Shown here piece after piece: positions 14,357 to 37,340 of a stretch of 64,000 bases of DNA. Every line of letters starts with the position of its first letter. Position 1 is the first letter of the stretch. Origin of the DNA: the human T2T-CHM13v2.0 reference genome, Homo sapiens; the NCBI RefSeq assembly GCF_009914755.1, contig NC_060931.1. The stretch is one strand, 5' to 3'. The position numbers and the translations under genes were made by a program. The notes below the pieces were generated by a model that ran no database searches, was not told the DNA's origin, and saw only the letters and a program-made list of their open reading frames with translations.

Positions 14357-15110
14357 TGCCTATGACATCCCTATTTGAATGTCTAATGGGTATCTCAAAC
14401 TTCAAATATCCTGAACGAAGCTCCTGGCTCCCCATTCCCCTAAACTTGCTCCTCCCGAGTCTTTTCTCACTATAGTGCATGATACATCCTTTCATCTAAT
14501 TGCTTAGGCCAAATACTTAAAAGACATCCTTGATTCATCTTTTCCCTCCATTCAATCCATCAGCCATACACTTGATTTTCAAAGAATATGCTGACTCTAA
14601 TCATGTATCACCTTCATTTGGTTGCATTTTCCTGAGCCATCGTCATCTCTCGCTGGTGTTCCCTGCTAACTGGTCTCCCTGTACCCTCTCTTGATTCTCT
14701 AAAGTCTGTTTTTCTTACAGCAGCTAGACTGGTCTCTATAAAACACCATCAGTCATTTCACTCCCCTTCTCCAAGCCCTACAGTGGCTTTCCATCACACC
14801 CCTAATAAAACTTACACTTTTCTTTTGGCTTGTTCTTTCACATCACTCAGGTTTTGCTCACCTATTACCACTTGGACAGGTGTTACCTAATTATCTTCTC
14901 TAAAGCAGCTGACCTGCTCTCCTCCCTGCCAATTTCCTTAACCTTTATTTTTCCTCACAGTACTTATTGCTCCTTGAGGTTATATATTTATCATTTACTT
15001 GTTTGTTGAATGTAAAAATCCATGAATACAGGGACCCTGCCATTTGTGTTGCTGTATTCTCAGCCTCCAGAAAAAAGCCTGACACATAGTAGATGTGCAA
15101 TGAAGATATT
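14357..15110 (+). mobile_element. L2 LINE 3' part
   Basis: L2 motifs (ATCTCAAACTTCAAATATCC, CCATTCAATCCATCAG, CCTGACACATAGTAGATG). Continues upstream of the LTR. Confidence 0.7.
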
Positions 15111-18100
15111 TTCCATATGGGTAAAAAATGAATCTTGGGGTACAAGGTATTCAGGGCCACCATGTTGCACAACTCTTTTGGAGCCCATTTAGTCCACAGC
15201 TGCACATGGCATTTCTGAAATTTGCAAAGAATAAGCCTATATAGTGTATATTTTACAAAGGGAATATTTCCTAAAATATTTTTGTGCATTACGTCTAGAG
15301 GATGAGGGATCAGAATGGGCCCCCCCCCACCCAGTTGTAGGTGGCAAGAAGCTGTATAGATGAGCATCTTTCCTGGTTTATAGATGATGAAATAGAAGGC
15401 ATCCCTCTGTGTTTTCCTTCCATCCTAACCTTCCATTTTCCCTCAGATCATATCAGGTTAATTTGCGCATAAGAGCTTCTGATTACTCTGTGAAAACGGT
15501 GGATAGAAACAAGACTTTTACATATCAGAGAATAAGTCTATTTAATGAACCCTAAGTATTTCATCTAACTCAGAGTGGAAGAAGAGTAGATTCCCATAGC
15601 AGCCTTTGAGAGGGGAAGGAAATCCTGAGCTGTGGCATCAGGATAGCATGAGAAATTTCTGGGTCCCTTGGGCACCCCCTGGGTTTGTCCACATTCATAT
15701 GGGAAGGGTTTATGTGTGTTAGGTGTGCGTACACCAGAGCCTGCTCTGTACCCTTGTCCTTCACTTTAGTATGTCACAGCTTAATGAGATCCCTTACAGG
15801 ATTACTTTTAATTCCCAGATCAATTGATCTTAACTCTTTGAGCTGTCTTAGCTGATGCAGAGAGAGCTGTACTTTTGAAGGTTCCTGACCACCCGCAGGA
15901 TTCTCCTTCACCCTCTCAGTCTGCTGCCTAAGAGCTCACTGGAGTTGGTCAACTTCCCCTACATAGCCCAGCAAAAATGAATGACATCCTCATGTTTGGA
16001 ATGTTTCTTCTTTTACCTCAGTGTGCTGGTGACAGCTCAGTGTCAGTGCAACTCACTCTAGAATGTTTCTTTCCCCAAAACAATTTCCTCTTTATTTCCA
16101 TTTCTGCCTTTCTGATTGGGAAACTCACCATTTCTTGCGTGTGAATTACTGGTCACTTGAACAGAGTAGAAGTTCCTGGAGCTTTCCATGCCACCCCTCT
16201 CTTCGGTCTCCCATTTGAGTTCTGTATTAAATGTGAGATCCAGACAGTCATGGAGGTTATCTGCTAAGCAATTCTTGCTTGACATGATATCTAAAACTCG
16301 ATTGATTTTTTTGCTTCTATGCTGACTTGACTGGCCATGAGTGCTCTTAATTCACCTGAGATTTGGGCAGGAATTCTTGTTTTTAAAATTAAGCAGAAGC
16401 AGCAGCCAGCTCTGTTTGAGAGGTCTTAAGCAAATTTACAGCCTCAAATGTTAATCTGAAAGTCAATCTCAATTGAATCAATATTTTTTACAACTATTGC
16501 ACTCCTTTTTAAACATCTTTTTTTCTTCTTCTCTCTTTCAAAAATACTCTGGCAAGACATAGGCAGATGGATGTCTGCACAAGGAAGTGTCCACTTCTCT
16601 TCATTCATGAAGGGAAACTAAATCTAACTTATCTAACAGAATGCTGAACATTGTGGGAGGACAGTTGAATGAACTGTCAAACACTCTGAAGCCTCACCAT
16701 AATGCAGACTGGGAGTTTTTCTACAGGAATATGTATTCTGACATTTCTGAGAATTAAAATTTGTGGTACAAGATCCAAGACTGATTTTTGTCTTACAGCA
16801 GTTTTCAAGCTTTATGAGACTGGGTTCTAGTGGCAACATACTGGCACCCTTATTATGGCTTCAGGGGAGTCACTTAAATTGTGAGTGGGCTGGTATGTGT
16901 ACAAAGAGAACAATGATTCTTTTACAGCCTTCTCAGAAGACTAGAGATGAATGAGAAATTCTAGTATTTATCTTAAGCCTATATTTTATTGAAGAGATTT
17001 AGCATTGGCATTTCAGACAAGATTTTATTTTTATAAAGCGTTGTCCTTTGTAATTTTGCTACATCTCCCCATAGGGGTATTTGCATAGTTAGACATATTC
17101 TCTTATAAGGTTTTGTTATTATTCTCATTTAGATTGGCCATCTAGTCTGCCCCAAATTTAGGAAATAATTGAGTTTTCCAATATTTTCCTCTGATTATAT
17201 GCCTTCACAACACAGGGGAAGACAAAAGGTACATGACATTTTTGAGGTGGCCTACTGTGCAAATCATATTAAGCATTTGTTTTCTTAAGATCAAGCAATG
17301 TGCATCATAAATAGCCTCACCCCATTCCTATCCTCTCCTATGTTCAGAGATGGGGTGAGGCTTAGGGGAGTCTACCGCATACATTTCTATTTCTTGTTTT
17401 AAACAATAGAGAATTTTTATATTTCGATGAAGCTGCATCAAAATGACTACATTAAAATCTCCTTGTAAGCCAAAACAATACTTGCAAATTAACCCTGTCA
17501 TAATATCTTTCTTTGGAAATCACTTGAGTTGAGAAGCCGACATTTAAAAATTATGGAACACACAGTTATGAATATAGAACAGACTATAAATAGTATCAGC
17601 TTTGAAAAGGGAAAAGCAAAGAGGCAGCTGTCAATGGACGGAAGGTAGAAGGGGAAAGTGAGATGGAGGGCAAATAAGAGTGTTAATATTCTCATTTTAC
17701 AAACTGGAGTTGAGATTGAATTGAATACGTTCAAATAGTTTAATGATTAAAACAATAAAGATAAGCAATAGATGAATTAAAATAGTTATCTAAATATCAA
17801 AAATGAGGAGGCGAGAGGAAGGAAAGGTGGGTAATAGTGTGTGCTGAATCCTTGCCTATTGTGGCAGAAAGGCAATAGATACACATGGTCTAAAGTTGAT
17901 AAATCAGCCGTGAGAACCATGTTCAGCACGTGGAGGAGCGGAACAGAGAAGAGGGAATGAGAGGAGATGGGAGATCTGGAAGGCCTTTGCGCTGAAATCA
18001 TTAGTCTAAGGTGATAGGAGGTCTAGAGAGGATTTTAACTCTTAGTTTGCAAAAGGCATTTCATATACTCTGGAAGTGTTGTTACTCCCATGTTGAGGAA

Positions 18101-19036
18101 CCAAGATATCTAGCAAAGCAAAGTCTTGGTCTTATAGTTGCTAAGTCAGAATGTTTTACATGCTGGTTACCCATGGTTATTATCTGTGGCTCAACAACAA
18201 CCCAGACTGAGACTGAGCCTATAGCCAGGTAATTTGTGGGGGGAAAATGTCAGGATTTAGACTGTATTAAAAGAAGATAATATACAAAATCCTTGCATTA
18301 GTCAGATAGTTGTTAGGTTATATTACATCTATTTTCAGTCAAAGCACTTGAGAAAAATAGGGTAGAAAGAGAAAAAAGTTTGGAAAAGAGACTAAAAAGG
18401 TTAAAGGATGTAACGTACAGCAAGTCCTCATTAACTATAGATCCATGTCCTTATTTCTATTCCAAATATACCAAGTAGAGGGATCTCATAGACTTTGTTT
18501 CTCTTGAGACAAATATTGGCTTAAGAGACAAATATTGGCTTAGCAATTAGTATAATTGCTGCTTATGTCAATTGGCCCTAACTAAAGCCAACAAAAAAGA
18601 TCTATTAAAAATTTTAGAGAATACCACAATGCTTTTACACAATTATTTTGCTTTTGCTTTAATATTTTCATATAACATTACAGATGTGGTTGAAGCTCCC
18701 TTTGCATCCTCCCCAATTTACTCACTTTAAAAATCTTTCTCAAGCTAACTCATTATTTTAAAATGTTTGTTTTCTGCCCAAATTAATTTTAAGACATATA
18801 TTGTATTTCTGTCTTTAAACATTAAAAAAATTTGTTTTGTGTGTTTTTAAATAAGTGGAATTATGGCATAAATAACATCTTACAAGTTATTTAAATGTCA
18901 GTTTTTCATTACCTTTATTGAGAGATAATTCACATACCATACTATTCACCCAGTGAAAGTATACAATTAAAAATTTTTTAGTATATTCACAGATATGTGC
19001 AACCATCACCATGGTCAACTTAAAAAATATGAATAT

Positions 19037-19260
19037 GTGTATATATTGTATACATGTGTGTATATGAATATGTGTATTTGAGTGTGTGTGTGTATATGTA
19101 TATATATGTGTATATATATGTATATGTGTGTGTATATGTATATATATAATGTGTATATGTATATATATAATGTGTATATATATACACACACACACATACA
19201 CACACACACACGCATATATATATATATATCGAGAGAGAGAGAGAGACAGACAGACAGATA
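19037..19260. repeat. Compound (TA/TG/CA/GA)n microsatellite grown from an Alu tail
   Basis: Lies between the TSD copy AATATGAATAT (19026-19036) and the Alu body. Second TSD copy at ~19547-19557. Confidence 0.85.
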
Positions 19261-19563
<303 letters not shown>

Positions 19564-21502
19564 TAAAAAAGAAAACCCGTGCCCATTAGCTATCACCACC
19601 TTATCTCCCCACTTCCTTCCTTTCCTAGTTGGAATAACCGCTAATCTACTTGATGTCTTTTAGATTTCCCTATTATGCACATTTCTTAGGAACTGTGTAC
19701 TGTAATATGTGGTCTTTTGTGATAGGCTTCTTTCACTCAGCACACATTTGGCATAATTTTTCAAGGTTCATACATGTGGTAGCATGTATCAGTACTTCAT
19801 TCCTTTTTATGACCAAATAATATTTCATTGTGTAGATATACCACATTTTGTTTATCCATTTGTTCATTGATGGACGTTGGGATTGTTTCCACCTTTGGCT
19901 ATTATGAATAGTGTTGCTATAAACATTCATGAACAAGTTTTTGTGTAATATGCTTCCATTCTTTTGTATACCAATATCATCTGAAGAACTGCCAGACTGT
20001 TTCCAAAGAGGCTGTGCCATTTTACATTCCCATGAGTAATGTATGAGGGTACTGATTTCTCCACGTTTGTCAACACTTGTACTTGTCTGACTTTTTAATT
20101 CTAGCTGTCCTTGTGGGTATGAAGCGGTGTCTTGTGGTTCTGATTTGCATTTCCTGATGACTAATAGTGTTAGGCATCTTTTCTGTGCTTATTGGCCATT
20201 TTTATATCTACCTTGGAGAAATTTCTATTCAGCTCTTTTGCTCATTTTTAAATTGGTTTATTTGCCTTATTATTAAATTGTAAGTGTTCTTTAAATATTC
20301 TGGATACCAGTCTCATTAGATATAGAGGTTGCAAATATTTTCTTCCATTCTATAGACTGTCTTTTCACTTTTGTGATATCCTTTGTAGAACAAAAACTTT
20401 TAATTTTGATGAAGTCCAATTTAACTATTTTTTTCTTCTGTCTCATGCTTTGGTGTTATATTTAAGAATTCATCGCATAATCCAAGGAGGTCATGAAAAC
20501 TTACCCCTGTTTTCTTCTAAGTTTCCTGGTTTTAGCTCTTCTGTGTACATCTTCAATCTACCTTAATTTTTTTATATGGTATGAGGTAAGGGTCCAACTT
20601 CATTCTTTTGCATATGGCTATCCAGTTGTCCCAGCACCATTTGTTGAAAAGGCTATTTTTTTTTCTCCTATGGAATGATCTTGTCACCCTTGCCTAAAAT
20701 CAGTTGGCCATGGATATATGGATTTATTTCTGGACTCTCAATCCTAGCCTATTGATCTATATGTCTATCCTTGTGCCAGTACCATGCTGTCTTGATTATT
20801 ATTTCTTTGTACTAAAATTTGAAATTAGGACATGTGAGTCTTCCTACTTCTGTTCTTGTTTTTGAGACTGTTTTTGGCCATTCTGGGTTCTTTGCAATTC
20901 CTTATGAATTTTAGGATCAGTTTGTCCATTTCTACAAAGAAGTCAGGTGAGATTCTGATAAGTATTGCATCTGTAGATTAATTTGGGAGTATTGCCATCT
21001 TAACAATGTTAAGTCTTCAAGTCTGTGAACATAGGATTTTTCCAATTATTTTGATCTTCTTTAATTTTTTTAAACAATTTTTGTAGTTTTCAGGTTATAA
21101 TCTTTGTACTTCATTAAATTTACTCCTTAGTGTTTTATTATTTTTGATGCAATTATAGATGGAATTATGTTAATTTAATTTTTGGTTGCTCATTGCAAGT
21201 ATATGGAAAAACAATAGATTTTCATATATTGATCTCTTATCTGCAATCTTGCCAAACTTGTTTATTAGTCTTGATTTCAAAAAATTCCTTAGAATTTTCT
21301 ATATACAAGATCATGCCATCTGTGATTAGAGGTAGTTTTCCTTCTTCATTCCAATCTAGATGCCTTTTTTTTTCTTACCTAATTTCTCCAGCTAGAACTT
21401 ACAGTACAATGTTGAAGAGAAGTGATGAGTATGGACATCTGTATTGTTCTTGATCTTAGGGGAAAAACATCAAGTTAATAGTTAAGTAAATATAATTATT
21501 GA

Positions 21503-21854
<352 letters not shown>

Positions 21855-21999
21855 TGACAACACATGCTTCCACTTGCTGATGAGAGTTTCCTTTTCCTGT
21901 ATTGCTGAGTATGAGTTTAGTTGTGGGTTTTTCATAGATTCCTTTTATCAAGTTGAGGTAACTTCCTTCTATTCCTAGTTTATTGAATGTTTTTATAAT

Positions 22000-23580
22000 A
22001 CAAGAATGAATAATATGCTTTTGTGTATTATCTATATGAATGCATGCAGTTCTAGTTCATTTTAACAGTTGTATAGTTCCAAAATAAATATATCATAATT
22101 TATTCATCGGTCAGTTTTTTTGTTTCATTTCTTTCTTTTCTTGCTATTACAAATGATGCTGCAGTGAATACACTTGCACATGTCTCATAGTCCATATGGA
22201 CTATAGTATCCCTAGCATATATTTCAGATAGAATTATTGGATCTTAGGACAAGTTCAAACAGTTCTAACAGGTTGTGACAATATATGCTTACACTTGTTT
22301 TTCAGAGTTCCCTTTGCCGATATCCTTCCCCAAATTTGTGATTGTCATGTTATTAAATTCTTGTTAATTTGATGAGTGTAAAATATATCATGCTTTATAG
22401 TTTTCATATGTTTATTTATTTGTTGCGGGGGTTTCATCTGTAATTTGCCCATTCCCACCCATTTTTGTCTATTTTTCTGTTAGGTTTCTTGACTTACAGG
22501 AATTCTTAACATAGCCTGGATACTAATTCTTTGTTGGCTTTCTACAGCACAAATATTTTCCCCCATTTTGTGGCTTATATCTTTTTATAGTGTTGTGTTA
22601 TATAGTAGAAGTTTTAAATTTAAGTGTCAAATTTATTAGTGGGTTTCTTTGTATTTTGTACTTTTAAATTTTGTTAAGAATCCCTTCCCTATCCTAGGTT
22701 ATAAAAATACTCTTCTTTTTTTTTTTTGTCTAAAATGTTTAAAATTTTGCCTTTAAGCTTAGGTCTTTAATTCTTCTTCTGTAATTTATCTTTTGTGAAA
22801 ATAGGAATCTATTTTGCCCCCATGCAAAGTGCCATCTATTAAATAGTTAATTTTTTTCCCTCATTGATTTGTTATGCTATCTCTGTTACTTACCAACTTT
22901 TTGGATATGTGTTGGTCTGATTCTGGACTTTCTATTCTTTGTTATTAATCAATTTGGTTTTTTTTCTTTTTTTTTTACTGTATTGGTAGCATACTACTTT
23001 AATCTCTGGAGTCAAAGTAGATATGCATGGTATAAGAATGTGTGTGTGTGTGTGCACGCGCGTGTCTGTGTACAAAATATAATTTAGAAGGGAAAGAGAG
23101 AGAGACTTTATATCTGCTAGGCATGTCCCTTACTTGTTGTAAACAATTCCAAAGTTGTTTTGGCTGTCATTGGTCCCTTATTTTTCTAAGTGAACATTAG
23201 GATGAGCTGGCCAAGTTCTGTAAGAAGTCCTGGGACATTTCTACTGATTACACATATTTATTTGGAGAGAACTGACACTTTGTGCCTGTGTTGATTTTGT
23301 ATCAAGTCACTTTTCTAATAGTAATTCTAATGATTTGTCTACATATTTTATTGGATTTTCTATGTGGACAATTATATTTTCTCCCAAAGATGACAGTGTT
23401 GTTTGTTCACTTTCTAGATTTAAACTTTATACAGCATTTTTAGTATTATTGCATCAGTTATGATTTTCAGTATGCCTTGAGTGGCACAAGGAACAGTAGC
23501 AATTGTTCTTTTGGTTTTTTTTTCAATAAGAATATTTTCAAAGTTTCATCCTTTCTTGCTGGTTTTTGATAAGCCACTTT
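22000..23580 (-). mobile_element. Highly diverged L1M (L1MC/L1ME-like) remnant
   Basis: T-rich antisense L1-like motifs (TTGCTATTACAAATGATGCTGCAGTGAATA, GGAGAGAACTGACA). Confidence 0.55.
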
Positions 23581-23604
23581 TTATGGAACACTGAAAGCTG
23601 TTCC

Positions 23605-23785
23605 AGAGCAGTTATTTTTATCCTGGATGCACACTGGATTCCCCTGGGGAGCTTTACAAAAATACTGGTTGCTGGTTCCCACCTTCAGAAGTTCTGATTT
23701 AATTGGTTTTGGATGCTGCCTGGGCACTGGGACTTTAAAAAACTCCCCAGATGACTCTAATATGCAGACAAAGTTGAGAAGTACT
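23605..23785. mobile_element. MER5-type hAT MITE
   Basis: TTCTGATTTAATTGG...AAAAACTCCCCAGATGACTCTAATATGCAG...TTGAGAA. Confidence 0.65.
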
Positions 23786-23811
23786 TTCTTGGTTAATGTC
23801 CACATTTATTG

Positions 23812-24190
23812 GTAAAGGATCTATCAGTGACAAGTGACAGAAAGACAAGTATAGCTAGCTGAAGAAAAATAAAAGGGAGGGGAATTTATATGCTTGTAAG
23901 ACCATGGTGGTTGCAGATCTAGGAATAACTGGATCCAGAGACAAAGGCTATCTAGATCCCTTTTCTCTCTGTCTTTGGTCTCTGTTCACTCTATGAGTGG
24001 TAGTTATTCTCTACTACAACAGTAGGCTGTTCCATAAAGTGGTGAAAAACTCTGCACTCATAAGGTAATAGCTCCAGTGACAAGAGCATCTCTTTGGTGC
24101 TAACTCCAGCCAGAAAAATCCCCAGGAAAAGCTCTGATTGTTTGGCTTGGGTATCTGCCCACCTCTGGACTAATCACTATGGCCCACATA
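23812..24190 (-). mobile_element. Old MLT1 MaLR LTR
   Basis: CAAGTGACAGAAA... and CTCTGATTG...CTTGGGT...CTGGACTAATCACT motifs. Confidence 0.5.
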
Positions 24191-26959
24191 TGGTTTAGTG
24201 ATTGGGTGAAGACTTGTTAGGCAAACCCAGAAAGCAATTTATTTAATATTTAGACTTTGGTGAACTTTGACCTTCATGAATACAGCCATAAATCTGACAG
24301 TATTAAAAGGTCTCTAAGAAAGGATGAAAACAGTATTCACAGAAGAGATAGGAATCTCTCTCTCAAGTATTATTCATTTAATAAGATAGGCAATTTGGTT
24401 TTCCCTGGCAAGTTGCCTAGGTTTTAGAAAAAAACATATTAGGAGAAGGGAGGGGTTACTGCTAAAGCTGATATATTGAAAGTGATACTCGTAGCAAGGG
24501 AGGAGGGAGAGAAATCGTCTTTTAAAATCTCAGCAAACTGGGCTGTTTGGTATAGAGGTAAACAGTCTTTAAGGGCCCCCGTAGCAAAAAATGATTATAA
24601 AAAGCAACTTTCAAAAGTTGGGGTAAAGTTTGGGGAGGGTTGTGGGAAGAGGGATAGAAAAGTTTTGAAATCAGATATAACTAGATACATATTTTGGCTA
24701 AATATATCTTATTTTGGACAAGTTAATCTTTCTAAGCCTTAGTGTCTTTATTTGTAGAATGGAGATAACAATGCCTAGTTCATAGGTTCAAGTAAGTTAA
24801 GTATTATATATCAGACACATAGTAGGTGAACAATAAATGTGACTTCTTCTCATCCTTTCCATTATTTACCATGAGAAATAACAATCGTAATGATGATCTT
24901 GAGTTTGCAAGCAAGACTATATTATATCCAGTGTACCATGTATTGGGAATGTAGAAAAATTTTGATGAGATTTATGTTAAAAGATGGCTAAAATAAAATG
25001 CTTATTTTCTAAAATGGTAAACTTTATCTAGAACATTTGCTTTCACAAAGAAGACATTACTACTCTATCACTATAGTATAGATGAATCCAAGATTGTCAG
25101 CTTTGCAGTTCCAACATATAACTCTCATCTCTAACTTATTAGTAGGCAAGTTGTTTTGTCACCATTCCATGATTCCCTGAGTTTTAAATTTTTTCCAGCT
25201 GCTGTGAAGCTGACGTGGGCCACATACTGAACAGTGGGATAAATTCTCTCTGCTTTGTAGGAGCTGTGAAACTTCTGGCTGACTCGAGATATGAATGTAG
25301 AGGAGGACTGCTCTGTTCTGGCCATTGCTATCAGGGCGGCTTCCAGGAAGACTGGTGGGAGGTTCCTAGTGTGCCCCAGGGGATCCTCTTTGAGACCTGG
25401 GCCTGAGGTCCTAGAGAAGTTCTCAAATCTTATGCATTTCTGGACACAACCTTGCTTGGGTTGATCTGGTGAGGAGGCCGTGTCTGATCAGATCCTTGTT
25501 TCTAGAACTCTCCCCTCCCTTGCTTCTGTGTCACTATTGCTGCCCTTGTTTCCCTGCAAGCCCTCTGGTCTTCCCTCTCACTCCATTCCCCCTTTCCTAC
25601 ATTCTACGTATTTTTCCTGGTTCTCTCTTTTCTCATTTACTGATACTGTCAACTACTAATATGTGTGACCATTCACAGCTCTGTATTTCTACACTTCAAC
25701 TCCTCTCCTGCCTGCAGTTTTCACCTATGCATCTGCCTGTGGCATGTTTCTAACTGCATGTTTCCCAAGCTCCTCTAACACAGCATCTTTTTCATTTTTC
25801 CCTCCTCCCACCCAAACCTGTTCTTCTTTCTGTATTTCCTCTTTTTACCAGAGAAAGTACCTCTACTTACCAGTCATGTAATCCTGAACCTGAGAATCAT
25901 CCCTATCTCTCACTATTTCCACTCGATATTACTACTAATTCAATATTACTACGAATCCAATATTACTAATAACTCAGTTGCTATTTCTGTTAGTCTTACT
26001 AAGCCAGAATTCTTAATAATAGTGCCAGAAGTCACTGACTGCAGGGTCCTGTTCTTAATTTCTCTAAACTGCCTGTCAGTCCTCAGGTCCTGCTGATTCT
26101 ACCTGGTTATTATGTTTTAGATCTTCCTCCTTAATTGTTTTCCTGTCATTTCTATCCCACACTTACTGCTTTAATTCTGTCTTCTAAATGGTCTCTCTAC
26201 TCCGGTCTTGCCCTCTTTCAATCCTCCCCACACTGCAGCATGATCCAAACACCTCTGAGATTGACCACAGACTGAGTAGCCTTCTGTGTTAGGCTACTCC
26301 TTTGCACAACCACAAAGCAAATGTCTTGGGTAATGCTTCACTCATCTTCTCGTTTATCTTAGAACCTGAATGTGATAAAAAGTTAATTCATTTTAAGCTA
26401 CTGAAACAATAGTTCATCGGTGTTCTCTCAGTGCTTCACCTCAGTATATTTAATATTCACAGAGGGTTCATTCCAGCTTTCCTCAGCACCTTGCTGAGTT
26501 CCTCCTAGCTACACTCTCATTGACAGAGGTGAGTGCTGTGGGGCAAGGGAATTAGATGAAAAATGGTCTTCTAATCTCTGTCGACATAGGGATTGAGATG
26601 CTGCATTAACATGGGATGTAGGACTCAGCGGAGAGTCGTGGGAGAGCTTTGGAGAAGCTAGTGCTAAGTACAAATAGACTGATTTTCAAGTAGAGACTAA
26701 TGCTATACACTAGAATTCTCCCTGTGGAGCTCTTGTGGTTAATTAAGAACAAGTGAAGGGTCGTAAGATCCTCTGCATCCAACAATAATCTATGCTGGTT
26801 GGCAAATTGAGTCAAACAGCAGGCTCTGTTCTTTGAAAAAAAAATTAGATAAATAAGAGAGTGTGTTAGTTATTAACTTGCTACAATGTGGAATGACTTT
26901 TAGTGAGATATAAAAATCCACTAAGTGTTACAAATTATTTATGGAACACATTGAATTTT

Positions 26960-34062
<7,103 letters not shown>

Positions 34063-34239
34063 CATAGGATTTTAGAATCAAAACTTTTAAAATAAGTAAC
34101 AGACATAGGACATAAAATTCAAAAAGTGAAAAAAGGGTATGCCATAAAAATTAAGTCACTTCCCCAGAGATAAACCTCTTGATGGTTTGTGTTTCCAGAT
34201 AGTCTATCATAGGATAGGTTTTGAGCAAACGTTTTATCA

Positions 34240-34545
<306 letters not shown>

Positions 34546-35879
34546 TATAAACACTTCCATTTCCTTCATACCCAGTGAGTTGCTTGTTATATAGTAAGTA
34601 TTCTCTAAATGCTAATCATAGGAAACTGATGAATCATTTAGAAAGTTTTATAAAAATAATTTTTCCAAGTTAAAATTTCTCTTTGTTTACTACATAATAC
34701 CAAAAACAATGTGAAATTAAGTAGTGATCTAAAAAAGGCAAATAGAGGTGTATGTAGTTTGAAATTGTTTTATTGCTTTAAAGCCCTCAATATCCAGATG
34801 ATGAAAGCAACATTTCAGATTAGTAAAGAGAAATGTAGATTATTTAGCAAATGGTATTGGTACAATTGAGTAACCACCTGGAAACAAAACCAAAGTGGAT
34901 CCACAGTTTACACTTTACATAAAAATACCTTCAGATGATTCAAGTATTTTTATATAAAAAATAAAACTATAAAGGTTTTAGAAGAAAACATGAGAAGAAA
35001 CTTGCTGGTGGGGAGAAATGAGTGAAGGAAACTTTTTCATGATAGACTTTTTTTGTACTTTATGAATGCTGTACTATGTACATGTATCAACTAGTCAAAT
35101 ATTTTAAAAATAAAATTGAATAATTAAGTTAAATAAGGATATTGTTTTTGTCAGAATATTCAAGTCTAATTTGTACTTCAAATACTTAGTATTAACTAAT
35201 TTCTTTCCAACTTCATTTCTGCTGTAACAACAAAACCTGAACATGGCAGTGAATATGAGACCCCCTTGCTCTTGCTGCTTTCTGAACGAAGAAATTGGGG
35301 AAAATAGTTGCATGGTAGGAGGAATTACTGGAAATGAGAAATAAAACACATTGGATAATATTGTGAAATATGTACTTGTACTCTCCTCACTACTTCACTT
35401 TCCATGAGGATTTTTACGTGCTTTATAATATAATATTTTGAGAGAATGACCACATCTTTGGGTTTTCTGATTGGTAAATCTGTTCTAATCTGTGTAATTC
35501 ACAAATATAAGAAGCTTGATAGAAAACGAGCTTGCTTTGTCTATTTTGTTCTTCCTATTTCAGGCTTTAGCTGACTAAAATGAAGATATCATAATGCAAG
35601 CACCAGATGTGACTAGAAAGTTGATAGAATTTAGAGCCAAGAAGAGCTCTAATCTTTGCTTTAGACTTGATTATTATCAACATATTTAAGGAGTTTGCTT
35701 TTGGAGGAGTGAAGTGATCCCACAAATTCCAAGCAGATAATTATAAAAACTTGTTAAATAATTAAAAAACTATTTAAAGATATTAGAAAGTATTGAAAAG
35801 CAGCTGAAAGACAGACAAAAGTTTAATCTCTGAACCAGAAGGGGTAAGAATTGTGAGTTTGTCTAATCCCCAGAATAAC

Positions 35880-36810
35880 AACTGAGGAAAACTACAAAAC
35901 ATTGCTTAGATACATTTTATAAAATTACAATAAATGGAAAGATATACTGAATTTATGAATTGGAAGATGCAATAGAATTAAAATGTCAGTTAACCTCATT
36001 TATAGATTTAATAAAATCTCGCATATCCCAGGAGGCATTTTCCTTAATGGAAATTAACAAGCTGATTCTAAAATTTATATTGAAGTGCACACTACCCAGA
36101 AGAGCCAAAATAATTTTGAAAAAGAATAAAGTTAGACTCACAGTAACTGATTTCAAGATTTACTATAAAGTTGCTATAATCCAAATAGTTTCATTGGTGT
36201 AAGGATAGACATATAAACCAGAGAGTTCAGAAATAGACCGGTATGTAAACGGTCAAGTGATTGTTGACAAATGTGTTTCAGCAAATGCTGAAGCTATTAG
36301 ATATCCATATGTAAAAATATCATTACCTCACGCCATGTAATTTTTTTTTTTTTTTTTTTTTTTTTAGAGATAGGGTCTCACTCTGTCACCCAGGCTGGAG
36401 TGCAGTAGCACAATCAAGCTCACTGCAGCCTTGAACTCTTGGGCTCAAGTGATCCTCCCGCTTCAACCTCCTGAGTAACTAGGACCACAGGGGTATGCCA
36501 CCATGCCTGGCTAACTTTTGTATTTTTTGTAGAGATGGGGTCTCCCTATGTTGCCCAGGCTGGCCCTGAACTCCTGGCCACAAGTGATCCTCTCACCTTG
36601 CTTCCCAAAATGCTGGGATGACAGGCATGAACCACCATACCTGGCCACCATATAAAAATGTTAACACAAGTTGAATGATAGGTCTAAATGTAAGAGCTAA
36701 ACTACGAAACTTCTAAAAGAAAATCTAAGAGAAACTATTTAGTCAAAGATTTCTAAGGTAAGACAAAAAGGACAAAGAAAATGGATAAACTGAAATTCAT
36801 CAAAATTAAG
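35880..36810 (+). mobile_element. Old L1M ORF2 fragment interrupted by an AluJ
   Basis: Peptide INKLILKFILKC...RAKIILKKNKV..LTVTDFKIYYK typical of L1 ORF2. Confidence 0.75.
36340..36646 (-). mobile_element. AluJ
   Basis: Antisense AluJ with poly(T). TSD about C(A/G)CCAT(A/G)TAA. Confidence 0.9.
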
Positions 36811-37039
36811 CACACCTATTGGACCAGTCATCGATTGAAATCTACCCTTCTAGTCCCTGCTTTGTAATAGTGAGGTTGCATCCTATAAATATTTATTTGC
36901 CAGCTAGTGGAATGCTAGGCTTTGTCAGTAGAGGGCACTAGAGTAACACTGCAAGATGATAGCAACAGGAACTTTTGGGAGTGAAGAAAATGCTATGTGC
37001 TGTTAAAATGAGATAGTTAACAATTCAGCACCCTAATTC

Positions 37040-37150
37040 CCCAAGCCACATTTCAAGTGTTCTATAGCCAATGTAGTTCACGGCTACCACATTGGACAAG
37101 CCAGATACAGAATATTTCCATCATTACCAAAAGTTCTATTAACCTCTGCT
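37040..37150. mobile_element. MER3/MER33 fragment
   Basis: AGCCACATTTCAAGTG...GGCTACCACATTGGACA...AAAGTTCTATT. Confidence 0.6.
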
Positions 37151-37340
37151 CTATATCTATTGTGTTGATGGGGTACATGGCTGTATACATTTGTCAAAAC
37201 CTATCAAATTGTTTGCTTAGAATGAGAGAATTTTGTATGTAAATTAAACTTCAATAAGAATTTAGCAAAGTGCTATTATTCTTTGATTAAACAGTCTCAT
37301 CTAGGGTTTTAGTAATTTTCATCACTGAAACTGCACAATT

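Noticed and set aside
18506-18542. 19-bp tandem duplication (similar small ones near 9867, 32328, 45258, 52200)
   Set aside because: Ordinary slippage duplications with no sign of function.
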